Shown in pieces: positions 14,000 to 31,000 of a stretch of 64,000 bases of DNA. The position numbers and the translations under genes are program-made. The notes below the pieces were generated by a model. It ran no database searches and was not told where the DNA came from. It saw only the letters and a program-made list of their open reading frames with translations. Within the stretch, counting starts at the first letter, position 1. Each line of letters opens with the position of its first letter. Origin of the DNA: the human T2T-CHM13v2.0 reference genome, Homo sapiens; NCBI RefSeq assembly GCF_009914755.1, contig NC_060937.1; one strand, written 5' to 3'.

Positions 14000-16900
14000 A
14001 TGAAATATCAAAGTTCACAAACTATATATTATATACTGTACATAAAATATCAAAGTACCCAAACTATACATTATATACTGTACATAAAATATGAAATTGC
14101 ATCAAATATATATTATATTATGTATGTAAAATATGAAAGTACATCAAATATAGATTATATACTGTACATAAAATACCAAAGTACCCCAAATATATATTTT
14201 ATACTGTACATGAAATATCAAAGTACTCAAACTATATATTATATACTGCATATAAAATATCAAAGTACCCAAGGTATATATTCCATACTGTACAAAAAAT
14301 ATCAAAGTACCCAAAGCATATATTATATGCTGTACATAAAATATGAAAGTACATGAAATATATATTTTATTCTCTACATAAAATATCAAAGTACACCAAA
14401 TATATATTCTATACTGTAAATAAAATATCAAGGTACCCAAACTATACATTATATACTGTACATAAAATATGAAATTACATCAAATATATATTATATTAGG
14501 TACATAAAATATGAAAGTACATCAAATATAGATTATATACTTTACATAAAATATCAAAGTACCCAAATATATGTCATATACTGTACATGAAATATCAAAG
14601 TTCACAAACTATATATTATATACTGTACATAAAATATGAAATTACATCAAATATATATTATATTAGGTACAGAAAATATGAAATTACATCAAATATATAT
14701 TATATTAGGTATGTAAAATATGAAAGTACATCAAATATAGATTATATTCTGTACATAAAATACCAAAGTACCCCAAATATATATTTTATACTGTACATGA
14801 AATATCAAAGTTCTCAAACTATATATTATATACTGCACATAAAATATCAAAGTACCCAAGGTATATATTCCATACTGTACAAAAAATATCAAAGTACCCA
14901 AAGCATATATTATATGCTGTACATAAAATATGAAAGTACATCAAATATATATTTTATTGTGTACATAAAATATCAAAGTACACCAAATAAATATTCTAAA
15001 CTGCACATAAAATATCAAGGTACCCAAACTATACATTATATACTGTACATAAAATATGAAATTACATCAAATATATATTATATTAGGTACATAAAATATG
15101 AAAGTACATCAAATATAGATTATATACTGTACATAAAATATCAAAGTACCCAAATATATATCATATACTGTACATGAAATATCAAAGTTCACAAACTATA
15201 TATTATATACTGTACATAAAATATCAAAGTACCCAAACTATACATTATATACTGTACACAAAATATGAAATTACATCAAATATATATTATATTAGGTATG
15301 TAAAATATGAAAGTACATCAAATATAGATTATATACTGTACATAAAATACCAAAGTAACCCAAATATATATTTTATACTGTACATGAAATATCAAAGTTC
15401 TCAAACTATATATTATATACGGCACATAAAATATCAAAGTACCCAAGGTATATATTCCATACTGTACAAAAAATATCAAAGTACCCAAAGCATATATTAT
15501 ATGCTGTACATAAAATATGAAAGTACATCAAATATATATTTTATTCTGTACATAAAATATCAAAGTACACCAAATATATATTCTATACTGTACATAAAAT
15601 ATCAAGGTACCCAAACTATACATTATATACTGTACATAAAATATGAAATTACATCAAATATATATTATATTAGGTACATAAAATATGAAAGTACATCAAA
15701 TATAGATTATATACTGTACATAAAATATCAAAGTACCCAAATATATATCATATACTGTACATGAAATATCAAAGTTCACAAACTATATATTATATACTGT
15801 ACATAAAATATCAAAGTACCCAAACTATACATTATATACTGTACATAAAATATGAAATTACATCAAATATATATTTTATTAGGTATGTAAAATATGAAAG
15901 TACATCAAATATAGATTATATATTGTACATAAAATACCAAAGTAACCCAAATATATATTTTATACTGTACATGAAATATCAAAGTTCTCAAACTATATAT
16001 TATATAGTGCACATAAAATATCAAAGTACCCAAGGTATATATTCCATACTGTACAAAAATTATCAAAGTACCCAAAGCATATATTATATGCTGTACATAA
16101 AATATGAAAGTACATCAAGTATATATTTTATTCTGTACATAAAATATCAAAGTACACCAAATATATACTCTATACTGTACATAAAATATCAAGGTACCCA
16201 AACTATACATTATATACTGTACATAAGATATGAAATTACATCAAATATATATTATATTAGATATGTAAAATATGAAAGTACATCAAATATAGATTATATA
16301 CTGTACATAAAATATCAAAGTACCCAAATATATATCATATATTGTACATGAAATATCAAAGTTCACAAACTATATATTATATACTGTACATAAAATATAA
16401 AAGTACCCAAACTATACATTATATACTGTACATAAAATATGAAATTACATCAAATATATATTTTATTAGGTATGTAAAATATGAAAGTACATCAAATATA
16501 GATTATATACTGTACATAAAATACCAAAGTACCCCAAATATATATTTTATACTGTACATGAAATATCAAAGTTCTCAAACTCTATATAATATACTGCACA
16601 TAAAATATCAAAGTACCCAAGGTATATATTCCATACTGTACAAAAAATGTCAAAGTACCCAAAGCATATATTATATGCTGTACATAAAATTTGAAAGTAC
16701 ATCAAATATATATTTTATTCTGTACATAAAATATCAAAGTACACCAAATATATATTCTATACTGTACATAAAATATCAAGGTACCCAAACTATACATTAT
16801 ATACTGTACATAAAATATGAAATTACATCAAATATATATTATATTAGGTACATAAAGTATGAAAGTACATCAAATATAGATTATATACTGTACATAAAAT

Positions 16901-19900
16901 ATCAAACTACACAAATATATATCATATACTGTACATGAAATATCAAGGTACCCAAACTATACATTATATACTGTACATAAAATATGAAATTACATCAAAT
17001 ATATATTATATTAGGTACAGAAAATATGAAATTACATCAAATATATATTATATTAGGTATGTAAAATATGAAAGTACATCAAATATAGATTATATACTGT
17101 ACATAAAATACCAAAGTACCCCAAATATATATTTTATACTGTACATGAAATATCAAAGTTCTCAAACTATATATTATATACTGCACATAAAATATCAAAG
17201 TACCCAAGGTATATATTCCATACTGTACAAAAAATATCAAAGTACCCAAAGCATATATTATATGCTGTACATAAAATATGAAAGTACATCAAATATATAT
17301 TTTATTCTGTACATAAAATATCAAAGTACACCAAATATATATTCTATACTGTACATAAAATATCAAGGTACCCAATCTATACATTATATACTGTATATAA
17401 AATATGAAATTACATCAAATATATATTATATTAGGTACATAAAATATGAAAGTACATCAAATATAGATTATATACTGTACATAAAATATCAAAGTACCCA
17501 AATATATATCATATACTGTACATGAAATATCAAAGTTCACAAACTATATATTATATACTGTACATAAAATATCAAAGTACCCAAACTATACATTATATAC
17601 TGTACATAAAATATGAAATTACATCAAATATATATTTTATTAGGTATGTAAAATATGAAAGTACATCAAATATAGATTATATACTGTACATAAAATACCA
17701 AAGTACCACAAATATATATTTTATACTGTACATGAAATATCAAAGTTCTCAAACTATATATTATATACTGCACATAAAATATCAAAGTACCCAAGCTATA
17801 TATTCCATACTGTACAAAAAATATCAAAGTACCCAAAGCATATATTATATGCTGTCCATAAAATATGAAAGTATATCAAATATATATTTTATTCTGTACA
17901 TAAAATATCAAAGTACACCAAATATATATTCTATACTGTACATAAAATATCAAGGTACCCAAACTATACATTATATACTGTACATAAGATATGAAATTAC
18001 ATCAAATATACATTATATTAGGTACATAAAATATGAAAGTACATCAAATATAGATTATATACTGTACATAAAATCTCAAAGTACCCAAATATATATCATA
18101 TACTGTACATGAAATATCAAAGTTCACAAACTATATATTATATACTGTACATAAAATATCAAAGTACCCAAACTATACATTATATACTGTACATAAAATA
18201 TGAAATTACATCAAATATATATTTTATTAGGTATGTAAAATATGAAAGTACATCAAATATAGATTATATACTGTACATAAAATACCAAAGTACCACAAAT
18301 ATATATTTTATACTGTACATGAAATATCAAAGTTCTCAAACTATATATTATATACTGCACATAAAATATCAAAGTACCCAAGGTATATATTCCATACTGT
18401 ACAAAAAATATCAAAGTACCCAAAGCATATATTATATGCTGTACATAAAATATGAAAGTACATGAAATATATATTTTATTCTCTACATAAAATATCAAAG
18501 TACACCAAATATATATTCTATACTGTACATAAAATATCAAGGTACCCAAACTATACATTATATACTGTACATAAAATATGAAATTACATCAAATATATAT
18601 TATATTAGGTACATAAAATATGAAAGTACATCAAATATAGATTATATACTGTACATAAAATCTCAAAGTACCCAAATATATATCATATACTGTACATGAA
18701 ATATCAAAGTTCACAAACTATATATTATATACTGTACATAAAATATCAAAGTACCCAAACTATACATTATATACTGTACATAAAAGATGAAATTACTTCA
18801 AATATATATTTTATTAGGTATGTAAAATATGAAAGTACATCAAATATAGATTATATACTGTACATAAAATACCAAAGTACCACAAATATATATTTTATAC
18901 TGTACATGAAATATCAAAGTTCTCAAACTATATATTATATACTGCACATAAAATTTCAAAGTACCCAAGGTATATATTCCATACTGTACAAAAAATATCA
19001 AAGTACCCAAAGCATATATTATATGCTGTACTTAAAATATGAAAGTACATGAAATATGTATTTTATTCTCTACATAAAATATCAAAGTACACCAAATATA
19101 TATTCTATACTGTACATAAAATATCAAGGTACCCAAACTATACATTATATACTGTACATAAAATATGAAATTACATCAAATATATATTATATTAGGTACA
19201 TAAAATATGAAAGTACATCAAATATAGATTATATACTGTACATAAAATATCAAAGTACCCAAATATATATCATATACTGTACATGAAATATCAAAGTTCA
19301 CAAACTATATATTATATACTGTACATAAAATATCAAAGTACCCAAAGTATACATTATATACTGTACATAAAATATGAAATTACATCAAATATATATTTTA
19401 TTAGGTATGTAAAATATGAAAGTACATCAAATATAGATTATATACTGTACATAAAATACCAAAGTACCCCAAATATATATTTTATACTGTACATGAAATA
19501 TCAAAGTTCTCAAAATATATATTATATACTGCACATAAAATATCAAAGTACCCAAGGTATATATTCCATACTGTACAAAAAATATCAAAGTACCCAAAGC
19601 ATATATTATATGCTGTACATAAAATATGAAAGTACATCAAATATATATTTTATTCTGTACATAAAATATCAAAGTACACCAAATACATATTCTAAACTGC
19701 ACATAAAATATAAAGGTACCCAAACTATACATTATATACTGTACATAAAATATGAAATTACATCAAATATATATTATATTAGGTACATAAAATATGAAAG
19801 TACATCAAATATAGATTATATACTGTACATAAAATATCAAAGTACCCAAATATATATCATATACTGTACATGAAATATCAGTTCACAAACTATATATTAT

Positions 19901-21959
19901 ATACCGTACATAAAATATAAAAGTACCCAAACTATACATTATATACTGTACATAAAATATGAAATTACATCAAATATATATTTTATTAGGTATGTAAAAT
20001 ATGAAAGTACATCAAATATAGATTATATACTGTACATAAAATACCAAAGTACCCCAAATATATATTTTATACTGTACATGAAATATCAAAGTTCTCAAAC
20101 TATATATTATATACTGCACATAAAATATCAACGTACCCAAGGTATATATTCCATAATGTACAAAAAATATCAAAGTACCCAAAGCATATATTATATTCTG
20201 TACATAAAATATGAAAGTACATCAAATATATATTTTATTCTGTACATAAAATTTCAAAGTACACCAAATATATATTCTATACTGTACATAAAATATCAAG
20301 GTACCCAAACTATACATTATATACTGTACATAAAATATGAAATTACATCAAATATATATTATATTAGGTACATAAAATATGAAAGTACATCAAATATAGA
20401 TTATATACTGTACATAAAATATCAAAGTACCCAAATATATATCATATACTGTACATGAAATATCAAAGTTCACAAACTATATATTATATACTGTACATAA
20501 AATATCAAAGTACCCAAACTATACATTATATACTGTACATAAAATATGAAATTACATCAAATATATATTTTATTAGGTATGTAAAATATGAAAGTACATC
20601 AAATATAGATTATATACTGTACATAAAATACCAAACTACCCCAAATATATATTTTATACTGTACATGAAATATCAAAGTTCTCAAACTATATATTATATA
20701 CTGCACATAAAATATCAAAGTACCCAAGGTATATATTCCATACTGTACAAAAAATATCAAAGTACCCAAAGCATATATTATATGCTGTACATAAAATATG
20801 AAAGTACATGAAATATATATTTTATTCTGTACATAAAATATCAAAGTACACCAAATATATATTCTATACTGTACATAAAATATCAAGGTACCCAAACTAT
20901 ACATTATATACTGTACATAAAATATGAAATTACATCAAATATATATTATATTAGGTACATAAAATATGAAAGTACATCAAATATAGCTTATATACTGTAC
21001 ATAAAATATCAAAGTACCCAAATATATATCATATACTGTACATGAAATATCAAAGTTCACAAACTATATATTATATACTGTACATAAAATATCAAAGTAC
21101 CCAAACTATACATTATATACTGTACATAAAATATGAAATTACATCAAATATATATTATATTAGGTATGAAATTATGAAAGTACATCAAATATAGATTAAA
21201 TACTGTACATAAAATACCAAAGTACCCCAAATATATATTTTATACTGTACATGAAATATCAAAGTTCTCAAACTATATATTATATACTGCACATAAAATA
21301 TCAAAGTACCCAAGGTATATATTCCATACTGTACAAAAAATATCAAAGTACCCAAAGCATATATTATATGCTGTACATAAAATATGAAAGTACATCAAAT
21401 ATAGATTATATACTGTACATAAAATATCAAAGTACACCAAATATATATTCTATACTGTACATAAAATATCAAGGTACCCAAACTATACATTATATACTGT
21501 ACATAAGATATGAAATTACATCAAATATATATTATATTAGGTACATAAAATATGAAAGTACATCAAATATAGATTATATACTGTACATAAAATCTCAAAG
21601 TACCCAAATATATATCATATACTGTACATGAAATATCAAAGTTCACAAACTATATATTATATACTGTACATAAAATATCAAAGTACCCAAACTATACATT
21701 ATATACTGTACATAAAATATGAAATTACATCAAATATATATTTTATTAGGTATGTAAAATATGAAAGTACATCAAATATAGATTATATACTGTACATAAT
21801 ATACCAAAGTACCCCAAATATATATTTTATACTGTACATGAAATATCAAAGTTCTCAAACTATATATTATATACTGCACATAAAATATCAAAGTACCCAA
21901 GGTATATATTCCATACTGTACAAAAAATATCAAAGTACCCAAAGCATATATTATATGCT

Positions 21960-24900
21960 GTACATAAAATATGAAAGTACATCAAGTATATATTTTATTC
22001 TGTACATAAAATATCAAAGTACACCAAGTATATATTCTATACTGTACATAAAATATCAAGGTACCCAAACTATACATTATATACTGTATATAAGATATGA
22101 AATTACATCAAATATATATTATATTATGTACGTAAAATATGAAAGTACATCAAATATAGCTTATATACTGTACATAAAATATCAAAGTACCCAAATATAT
22201 ATCATATACTGTACATGAAATATCAAAGTTCACACACTATATATTATATACTGTACATAAAATATCAAAGTACCCAAACTATACATTATATACTGTACAT
22301 AAAATATGAAATTACATCAAATATATATTTTATTAGGTATGTAAAATATGAAAGTACATCAAATATAGATTATATACTGTACATAAAATACCAAAGTACC
22401 CCAAATATATATTTTATACTGTACATGAAATATCAAAGTTCTCAAACTATATATTATATACTGCACATAAAATATCAAAGTACCCAAGGTATATATTCCA
22501 TACTGTAGAAAAAATATCAAAGTACCCAAAGCATATATTATATGCTGTACGTAAAATATGAAAGTACATCAAGTATATATTTTATTCTGTACATAAAATA
22601 TCAAAGTACACCAAGTATATATTCTATACTGTACATAAAATATCAAGGTACCCAAACTATACATTATATACTGTATATAAGATATGAAATTACATCAAAT
22701 ATATATTATATTATGTACGTAAAATATGAAAGTACATCAAATATAGCTTATATACTGTACATAAAATATCAAAGTACCCAAATATATATCATATACTGTA
22801 CATGAAATATCAAAGTTCACACACTATATATTATATACTGTACATAAAATATCAAAGTACCCAAACTATACATTATATACTGTACATAAAATATGAAATT
22901 ACATCAAATATATATTTTATTAGGTATGTAAAATATGAAAGTACATCAAATATAGATTATATACTGTACATAAAATACCAAAGTACCCCAAATATATATT
23001 TTATACTGTACATGAAATATCAAAGTTCTCAAACTATATATTATATACTGCACATAAAATATCAAAGTACCCAAGGTATATATTCCATACTGTACAAAAA
23101 ATATCAAAGTACCCAAAGCATATATTATATGCTGTACATAAAATATGAAAGTAAATGAAATATATATTTTATTCTCTACATAAAATATCAAAGTACACCA
23201 AATATATATTCTATACTGTACATAAAATGTCAAGTTACCCAAAGTATACATTATATACTGTACATAAAATATGAAATTACATCAAATATATATTATATTA
23301 GGTACATAAAAAATGAAAGTACATCAAATATAGATTATATACTGTACATAAAATATCAAAGTACCCAAATATATATCATATACTGTACATGAAATATCAA
23401 AGTTCACAAACTATATATTATATACTGTACATAAAATATCAAAGTACCCAAACTATACATTATATACTGTACATAAAATATGAAATTACATCAAATATAT
23501 ATTTTATTAGGTATGTAAAATATGAAAGTACATCAAATATAGATTATATACTGTACATAAAATACCAAAGTACCCCAAAAATATATTTTATACTGTACAT
23601 GAAATATCAAAGTTCTCAAACTATATATTATATACTGCACATAAAATATCAAAGTACCCAAGCTATATATTCCATACTATAGAAAAAATATCAAAGTACC
23701 CAAAGCATATATTATATGCTGTACATAAAATATGAAAGTACATCAAATATATATTTTATTCTGTACATAAAATATCAAAGTGCACCAAATATATATTCTA
23801 TACTGTACATAAAATATCAAGTTACCCAAACTATACATTATATACTGTACATAAAATATGAAATTACATCAAATATATATTATATTAGGTACATAAAATA
23901 TGAAAGTACATCAAATATAGATTATATACTGTACATAAAATATCAAAGTACCCAAATATATATCATATACTGTACATGAAATATCAAAGTTCACACACTA
24001 TATATTATATACTGTACATAAAATATCAAAGTACCCAAAGTATACATTATATACTGTACATAAAATATGAAATTACATCAAATATATATTATATTAGGTA
24101 TGTAAAATATGAAAGTACATCAAATATAGATTATATACTGTACATAAAATACCAAAGTACCCCAAATATATATTTTATACTGTACATTAAATATCAAAGT
24201 TCTCAAACTATATATTATATACTGCACATAAAATATCAAAGTACCCAAGGTATATATTCCATACTGTACAAAAAATATCAAAGTACCCAAAGCATATATT
24301 ATATGCTGTACATAAAATATGAAAGTACATCAAGTATATATTTTATTCTGTACATAAAATATCAAAGTACACCAAGTATATATTCTATACTGTACATAAA
24401 ATATCAAGGTACCCAAACTATACATTATATACTGTATATAAGATATGAAATTACATCAAATATATATTATATTATGTACGTAAAATATGAAAGTACATCA
24501 AATATAGCTTATATACTGTACATAAAATATCAAAGTACCCAAATATATATCATATACTGTACATGAAATATCAAAGTTCACACACTATATATTATATACT
24601 GTACATAAAATATCAAAGTACCCAAACTATACATTATATACTGTACATAAAATATGAAATTACATCAAATATATATTTTATTAGGTATGTAAAATATGAA
24701 ACTACATCAAATATAGATTATATACTGTACATAAAATACCAAAGTACCCCAAATATATATTTTATACTGTACATGAAATATCAAAGTTCTCAAACTATAT
24801 ATTATATACTGCACATAAAATATCAAAGTACCCAAGGTATATATTCCATACTGTACAAAAAATATCAAAGTACCCAAAGCATATATTATATGCTGTACGT

Positions 24901-27100
24901 AAAATATGAAAGTACATCAAGTATATATTTTATTCTGTACATAAAATATCAAAGTACACCAAGTATATATTCTATACTGTACATAAAATATCAAGGTACC
25001 CAAACTATACATTATATACTGTATATAAGATATGAAATTACATCAAATATATATTATATTATGTACGTAAAATATGAAAGTACATCAAATATAGCTTATA
25101 TACTGTACATAAAATATCAAAGTACCCAAATATATATCATATACTGTACATGAAATATCAAAGTTCACACACTATATATTATATACTGTACATAAAATAT
25201 CAAAGTACCCAAACTATACATTATATACTGTACATAAAATATGAAATTACATCAAATATATATTTTATTAGGTATGTAAAATATGAAAGTACATCAAATA
25301 TAGATTATATACTGTACATAAAATACCAAAGTACCCCAAATATATATTTTATACTGTACATGAAATATCAAAGTTCTCAAACTATATATTATATACTGCA
25401 CATAAAATATCAAAGTACCCAAGGTATATATTCCATACTGTACAAAAAATATCAAAGTACCCAAAGCATATATTATATGCTGTACATAAAATATGAAAGT
25501 ACATCAAGTATATATTTTATTCTGTACATAAAATATCAAAGTACACCAAGTATATATTCTATACTGTACATAAAATATCAAGGTACCCAAACTATACATT
25601 ATATACTGTATATAAGATATGAAATTACATCAAATATATATTATATTATGTACGTAAAATATGAAAGTACATCAAATATAGCTTATATACTGTACATAAA
25701 ATATCAAAGTACCCAAATATATATCATATACTGTACATGAAATATCAAAGTTCACACACTATATATTATATACTGTACATAAAATATCAAAGTACCCAAA
25801 CTATACATTATATACTGTACATAAAATATGAAATTACATCAAATATATATTTTATTAGGTATGTAAAATATGAAAGTACATCAAATATAGATTATATACT
25901 GTACATAAAATACCAAAGTACCCCAAATATATATTTTATACTGTACATGAAATATCAAAGTTCTCAAACTATATATTATATACTGCACATAAAATATCAA
26001 AGTACCCAAGGTATATATTCCATACTGTACAAAAAATATCAAAGTACCCAAAGCATATATTATATGCTGTACATAAAATATGAAAGTAAATGAAATATAT
26101 ATTTTATTCTCTACATAAAATATCAAAGTACACCAAATATATATTCTATACTGTACATAAAATGTCAAGTTACCCAAAGTATACATTATATACTGTACAT
26201 AAAATATGAAATTACATCAAATATATATTATATTAGGTACATAAAAAATGAAAGTACATCAAATATAGATTATATACTGTACATAAAATATCAAAGTACC
26301 CAAATATATATCATATACTGTACATGAAATATCAAAGTTCACAAACTATATATTATATACTGTACATAAAATATCAAAGTACCCAAACTATACATTATAT
26401 ACTGTACATAAAATATGAAATTACATCAAATATATATTTTATTAGGTATGTAAAATATGAAAGTACATCAAATATAGATTATATACTGTACATAAAATAC
26501 CAAAGTACCCCAAAAATATATTTTATACTGTACATGAAATATCAAAGTTCTCAAACTATATATTATATACTGCACATAAAATATCAAAGTACCCAAGCTA
26601 TATATTCCATACTATAGAAAAAATATCAAAGTACCCAAAGCATATATTATATGCTGTACATAAAATATGAAAGTACATCAAATATATATTTTATTCTGTA
26701 CATAAAATATCAAAGTGCACCAAATATATATTCTATACTGTACATAAAATATCAAGTTACCCAAACTATACATTATATACTGTACATAAAATATGAAATT
26801 ACATCAAATATATATTATATTAGGTACATAAAATATGAAAGTACATCAAATATAGATTATATACTGTACATAAAATATCAAAGTACCCAAATATATATCA
26901 TATACTGTACATGAAATATCAAAGTTCACACACTATATATTATATACTGTACATAAAATATCAAAGTACCCAAAGTATACATTATATACTGTACATAAAA
27001 TATGAAATTACATCAAATATATATTATATTAGGTATGTAAAATATGAAAGTACATCAAATATAGATTATATACTGTACATAAAATACCAAAGTACCCCAA
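21960..27100 (+). repeat. Nested tandem duplication of 14-mer units (offsets 2348 and 2935 bp)
   Basis: ORF translations 22802/25737, 23389/26324 and 23716/26651 are identical (offset 2935 = 5x587); the TACGTAAAA variant at about 22550 and 24898 gives offset 2348 = 4x587. Confidence 0.88.
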
Positions 27101-28084
27101 ATATATATTTTATACTGTACATGAAATATCAAAGTTCTCAAAATATATATTATATACTGCACATAAAATATCAAAGTACCCAAGGTATATATTCCATACT
27201 GTACAAAAAATATCAAAGTACCCAAAGCATATATTATATGCTGTACATAAAATATGAAAGTACATCAAATATATATTTTATTCTGTACATAAAATATCAA
27301 AGTACACCAAATATATATTCTATACTGTACATAAAATATCAAGGTACCCAAACTATACATTATATACTGTACATAAAATATGAAATTACATCAAATATAT
27401 ATTATATTAGGTACATAAAATATGAAAGTACATCAAATATAGATTATATACTGTACATAAAATATCAAAGTACCCAAATATATATCATATACTGTACATG
27501 AAATATCAAAGCTCACACACTATATATTATATACTGTACATAAAATATCAATGTACCCAAACTATACTTTATATACTGTACATAAAATATGAAATTACAT
27601 CAATTATATATTATATTAGGTATGTAAAATATGAAAGTACATCAAATAGAGGTTATATACTGTACATAAAATACCAAAGTACCCCAAATATATATTTTAT
27701 ACTGTACATGAAATATCAAAGTTCTCAAACTATATATTATATACTGCACATAAAATATCAAAGTACCCAAGGTATATATTCCATAATGTACAAAAAATAT
27801 CAAAGTACCCAAAGCATATATTATATGCTGTACATAAAATATGAAAGTAGATGTAATATATATTTTATTCTCTACATAAAATATCAAAGTACACCAAATA
27901 TATATTCTATACTGTACATAAAATATCAAGGTACCCAAACTATACATTATCTACTGTACATAAAATATGAAATTACATCAAATATATATTATATTAGGTA
28001 CATAAAATATGAAAGTACATCAAATATAGATTATATACTGTACATAAAATATCAAAGTACCCAAATATATATCATATACTGTAC

Positions 28085-31000
28085 ATGAAATATCAAAGTT
28101 CACAAACTATATATTATATACTGTACATAAAATAGCAAAGTACCCAAACTATACATTATATACTGTACATAAAAGATGAAATTACATCAAATATATATTA
28201 TCTTAGGTATGGAAAATATGAAAGTACATCAAATATAGATTATATACTGTACATAAAATACCAAAGTACCCCAAATATATATTTTATACTGTACATGAAA
28301 TATCGAAGTTCTCAAACTATATATTATATGCTGCACATAAAATATCAAAGTACCCAAGGTATATATTCCATACTGTACAAAAAATATCAAAGTACCCAAA
28401 GCATATATTATATGCTGTACATAAAATATGAAAGTACATGAAATATATATTTTATTCTGTACATAAAATATCAAAGTACACCAAATATATATTCTATACT
28501 GTACATAAAATATCAAGGTACCCAAACTATACATTATATACTGTACATAAAATATGAAATTACATCAAATATATATTATATTAGGTACATAAAATATGAA
28601 AGTACATCAAATATAGATTATATACTGTACATAAAATATCAAAGTACCCAAACTATACATTATATACTGTACATAAAATATGAAATTACATCAAATATAT
28701 ATTATATTAGGTATGTAAAATATGAAAGTACATCAAATATAGATTATATACTGTACATAAAATACCAAAGTACCCCAAATATATATTTTATACTGTACAT
28801 GAAATATCAAAGTTCTCAAACTATATATTATATACTGCACATAAAATATCAAAGTACCCAAGGTATATATTCCATACTGTACAAAAAATATCAAAGTACC
28901 CAAAGCATATATTATATGCTGTACATAAAATATGAAAGTACATCAAATATATATTTTATTCTGTACATAAAATATCAAAGTACACCAAATATATATTCTA
29001 TACTGTACATAAAATATCAAGGTACCCAAACTATACATTATATACTGTACATAAAATATGAAATTACATCAAATATATATTATATTAGGTCCATAAAATA
29101 TGAAAGTACATCAAATATAGATTATATACTGTACATAAAATATCAAAGTACCCAAATATATATCATATACTGTACATGAAATATCAAAGCTCACACACTA
29201 TATATTATATACTGTACATAAAATATCAAAGTACCCAAACTATACTTTATATACTGTACATAAAATATGAAATTACATCAAATATATATTTTATTAGGTA
29301 TGTAAAATATGAAAGTACATCAAGTATAGATTTTATACTGTACATAAAATACCAAAGTACCCCAAATATATATTTTATACTGTACATGAAATATCAAAGT
29401 TCTCAAACTATATATTATATACTGCACATAAAATATCAAAGTACCCAAGGTATATATTACATACTGTACAAAAAATATCAAAGTACCCAAAGCATATATT
29501 ATATGCTGTACATAAAATATGAAAGTACATGAAATATATATTTTATTCTCTACATAAAATATCAAAGTACACCAAATATATATTCTATACTGTACATAAA
29601 ATATCAAGGTACCCAAACTATACATTATATACTGTACATAAGATATGAAATTACATCAAATATATATTATATTAGGTACATAAAATATGAAAGTACATCA
29701 AATATAGATTATATACGGTACATAAAATATCAAAGTACCCAAATATATATCATATACTGTACATGAAATATCAAAGTTCACAAACTATATATTATATACT
29801 GTACATAAAATATCAAAGTACCCAAACTATACATTTTATACTGTACATAAAATATGAAATTACATCAAATATATATTTTATTAGGTATGTAAAATATGAA
29901 AGTACATCAAATATAGATTATATACTGTACATAAAATACCAAAGTACCCCAAATATATATTCTATACTGTACATGAAATATCAAAGTTCTCAAACTATAT
30001 ATTATATAGTGCACATAAAATATCAAAGTACCCAAGGTATATATTCCATACTGTACAAAAAATATCAAAGTACCCAAAGCATATATTATATGCTGTACAT
30101 AAAATATGAAAGTACATGAAATATATATTTTATTCTGTACATAAAATATCAAAGTACACCAAATATATATTCTATACTGTACATAAAATATCAAGGTACC
30201 CAAACTATACATTATATACTGTACATAAGATATGAAATTACATCAAATATATATTATATAAGGTACATAAAATATGAAAGTACATCAAACATAGCTTATA
30301 TACTGTACATAAAATATGAAAGTACATCAAATATAGATTATATACTGTACATAAAATACCAAAGTACCCCAAATATATATTTTATACTGTACATGAAATA
30401 TCAAAGTTCTCAAACTATATATTATATACTGCACATAAAATATCAAAGTACCCAAGGTATATATTCCATACTGTACAAAAAATATCAAAGTACCCAAAGC
30501 ATATATTATATGCTGTACATAAAATATGAAAGTACATCAAATATATATTTTATTCTGTACATAAAATATCAAAGTACACCAAATATATATTCTATACTGT
30601 ACATAAAATATCAAGGTACCCAAACTATACATTATATACTGTACATAAGATATGAAATTACATCAAATATATATTATATTAGGTACATAAAATATGAAAG
30701 TACATCAAATATAGATTATATACTGTACATAAAATATCAAAGTACCCAAATATATATCATATACTGTACATGAAATATCAAAGCTCACACACTATATATT
30801 ATATACTGTACATAAAATATCAAAGTACCCAAACTATACTTTATATACTGTACATAAAATATGAAATTACATCAAATATATATTTTATTAGGTATGTAAA
30901 ATATGAAAGTACATCAAGTGTAGATTTTATACTGTACATAAAATACCAAAGTACCCCAAATATATATTTTATACTGTACATGAAATATCAAAGTTCTCAT

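Noticed and set aside
14000-28088. Chain of 196-aa ORFs overlapping by ATGA, resembling a translationally coupled operon or programmed frameshift array
   Set aside because: This is a direct consequence of the 587-bp unit (not divisible by 3): the 1-bp deletion shifts the frame so the TGA in monomer-1 ACATGA terminates the previous ORF.
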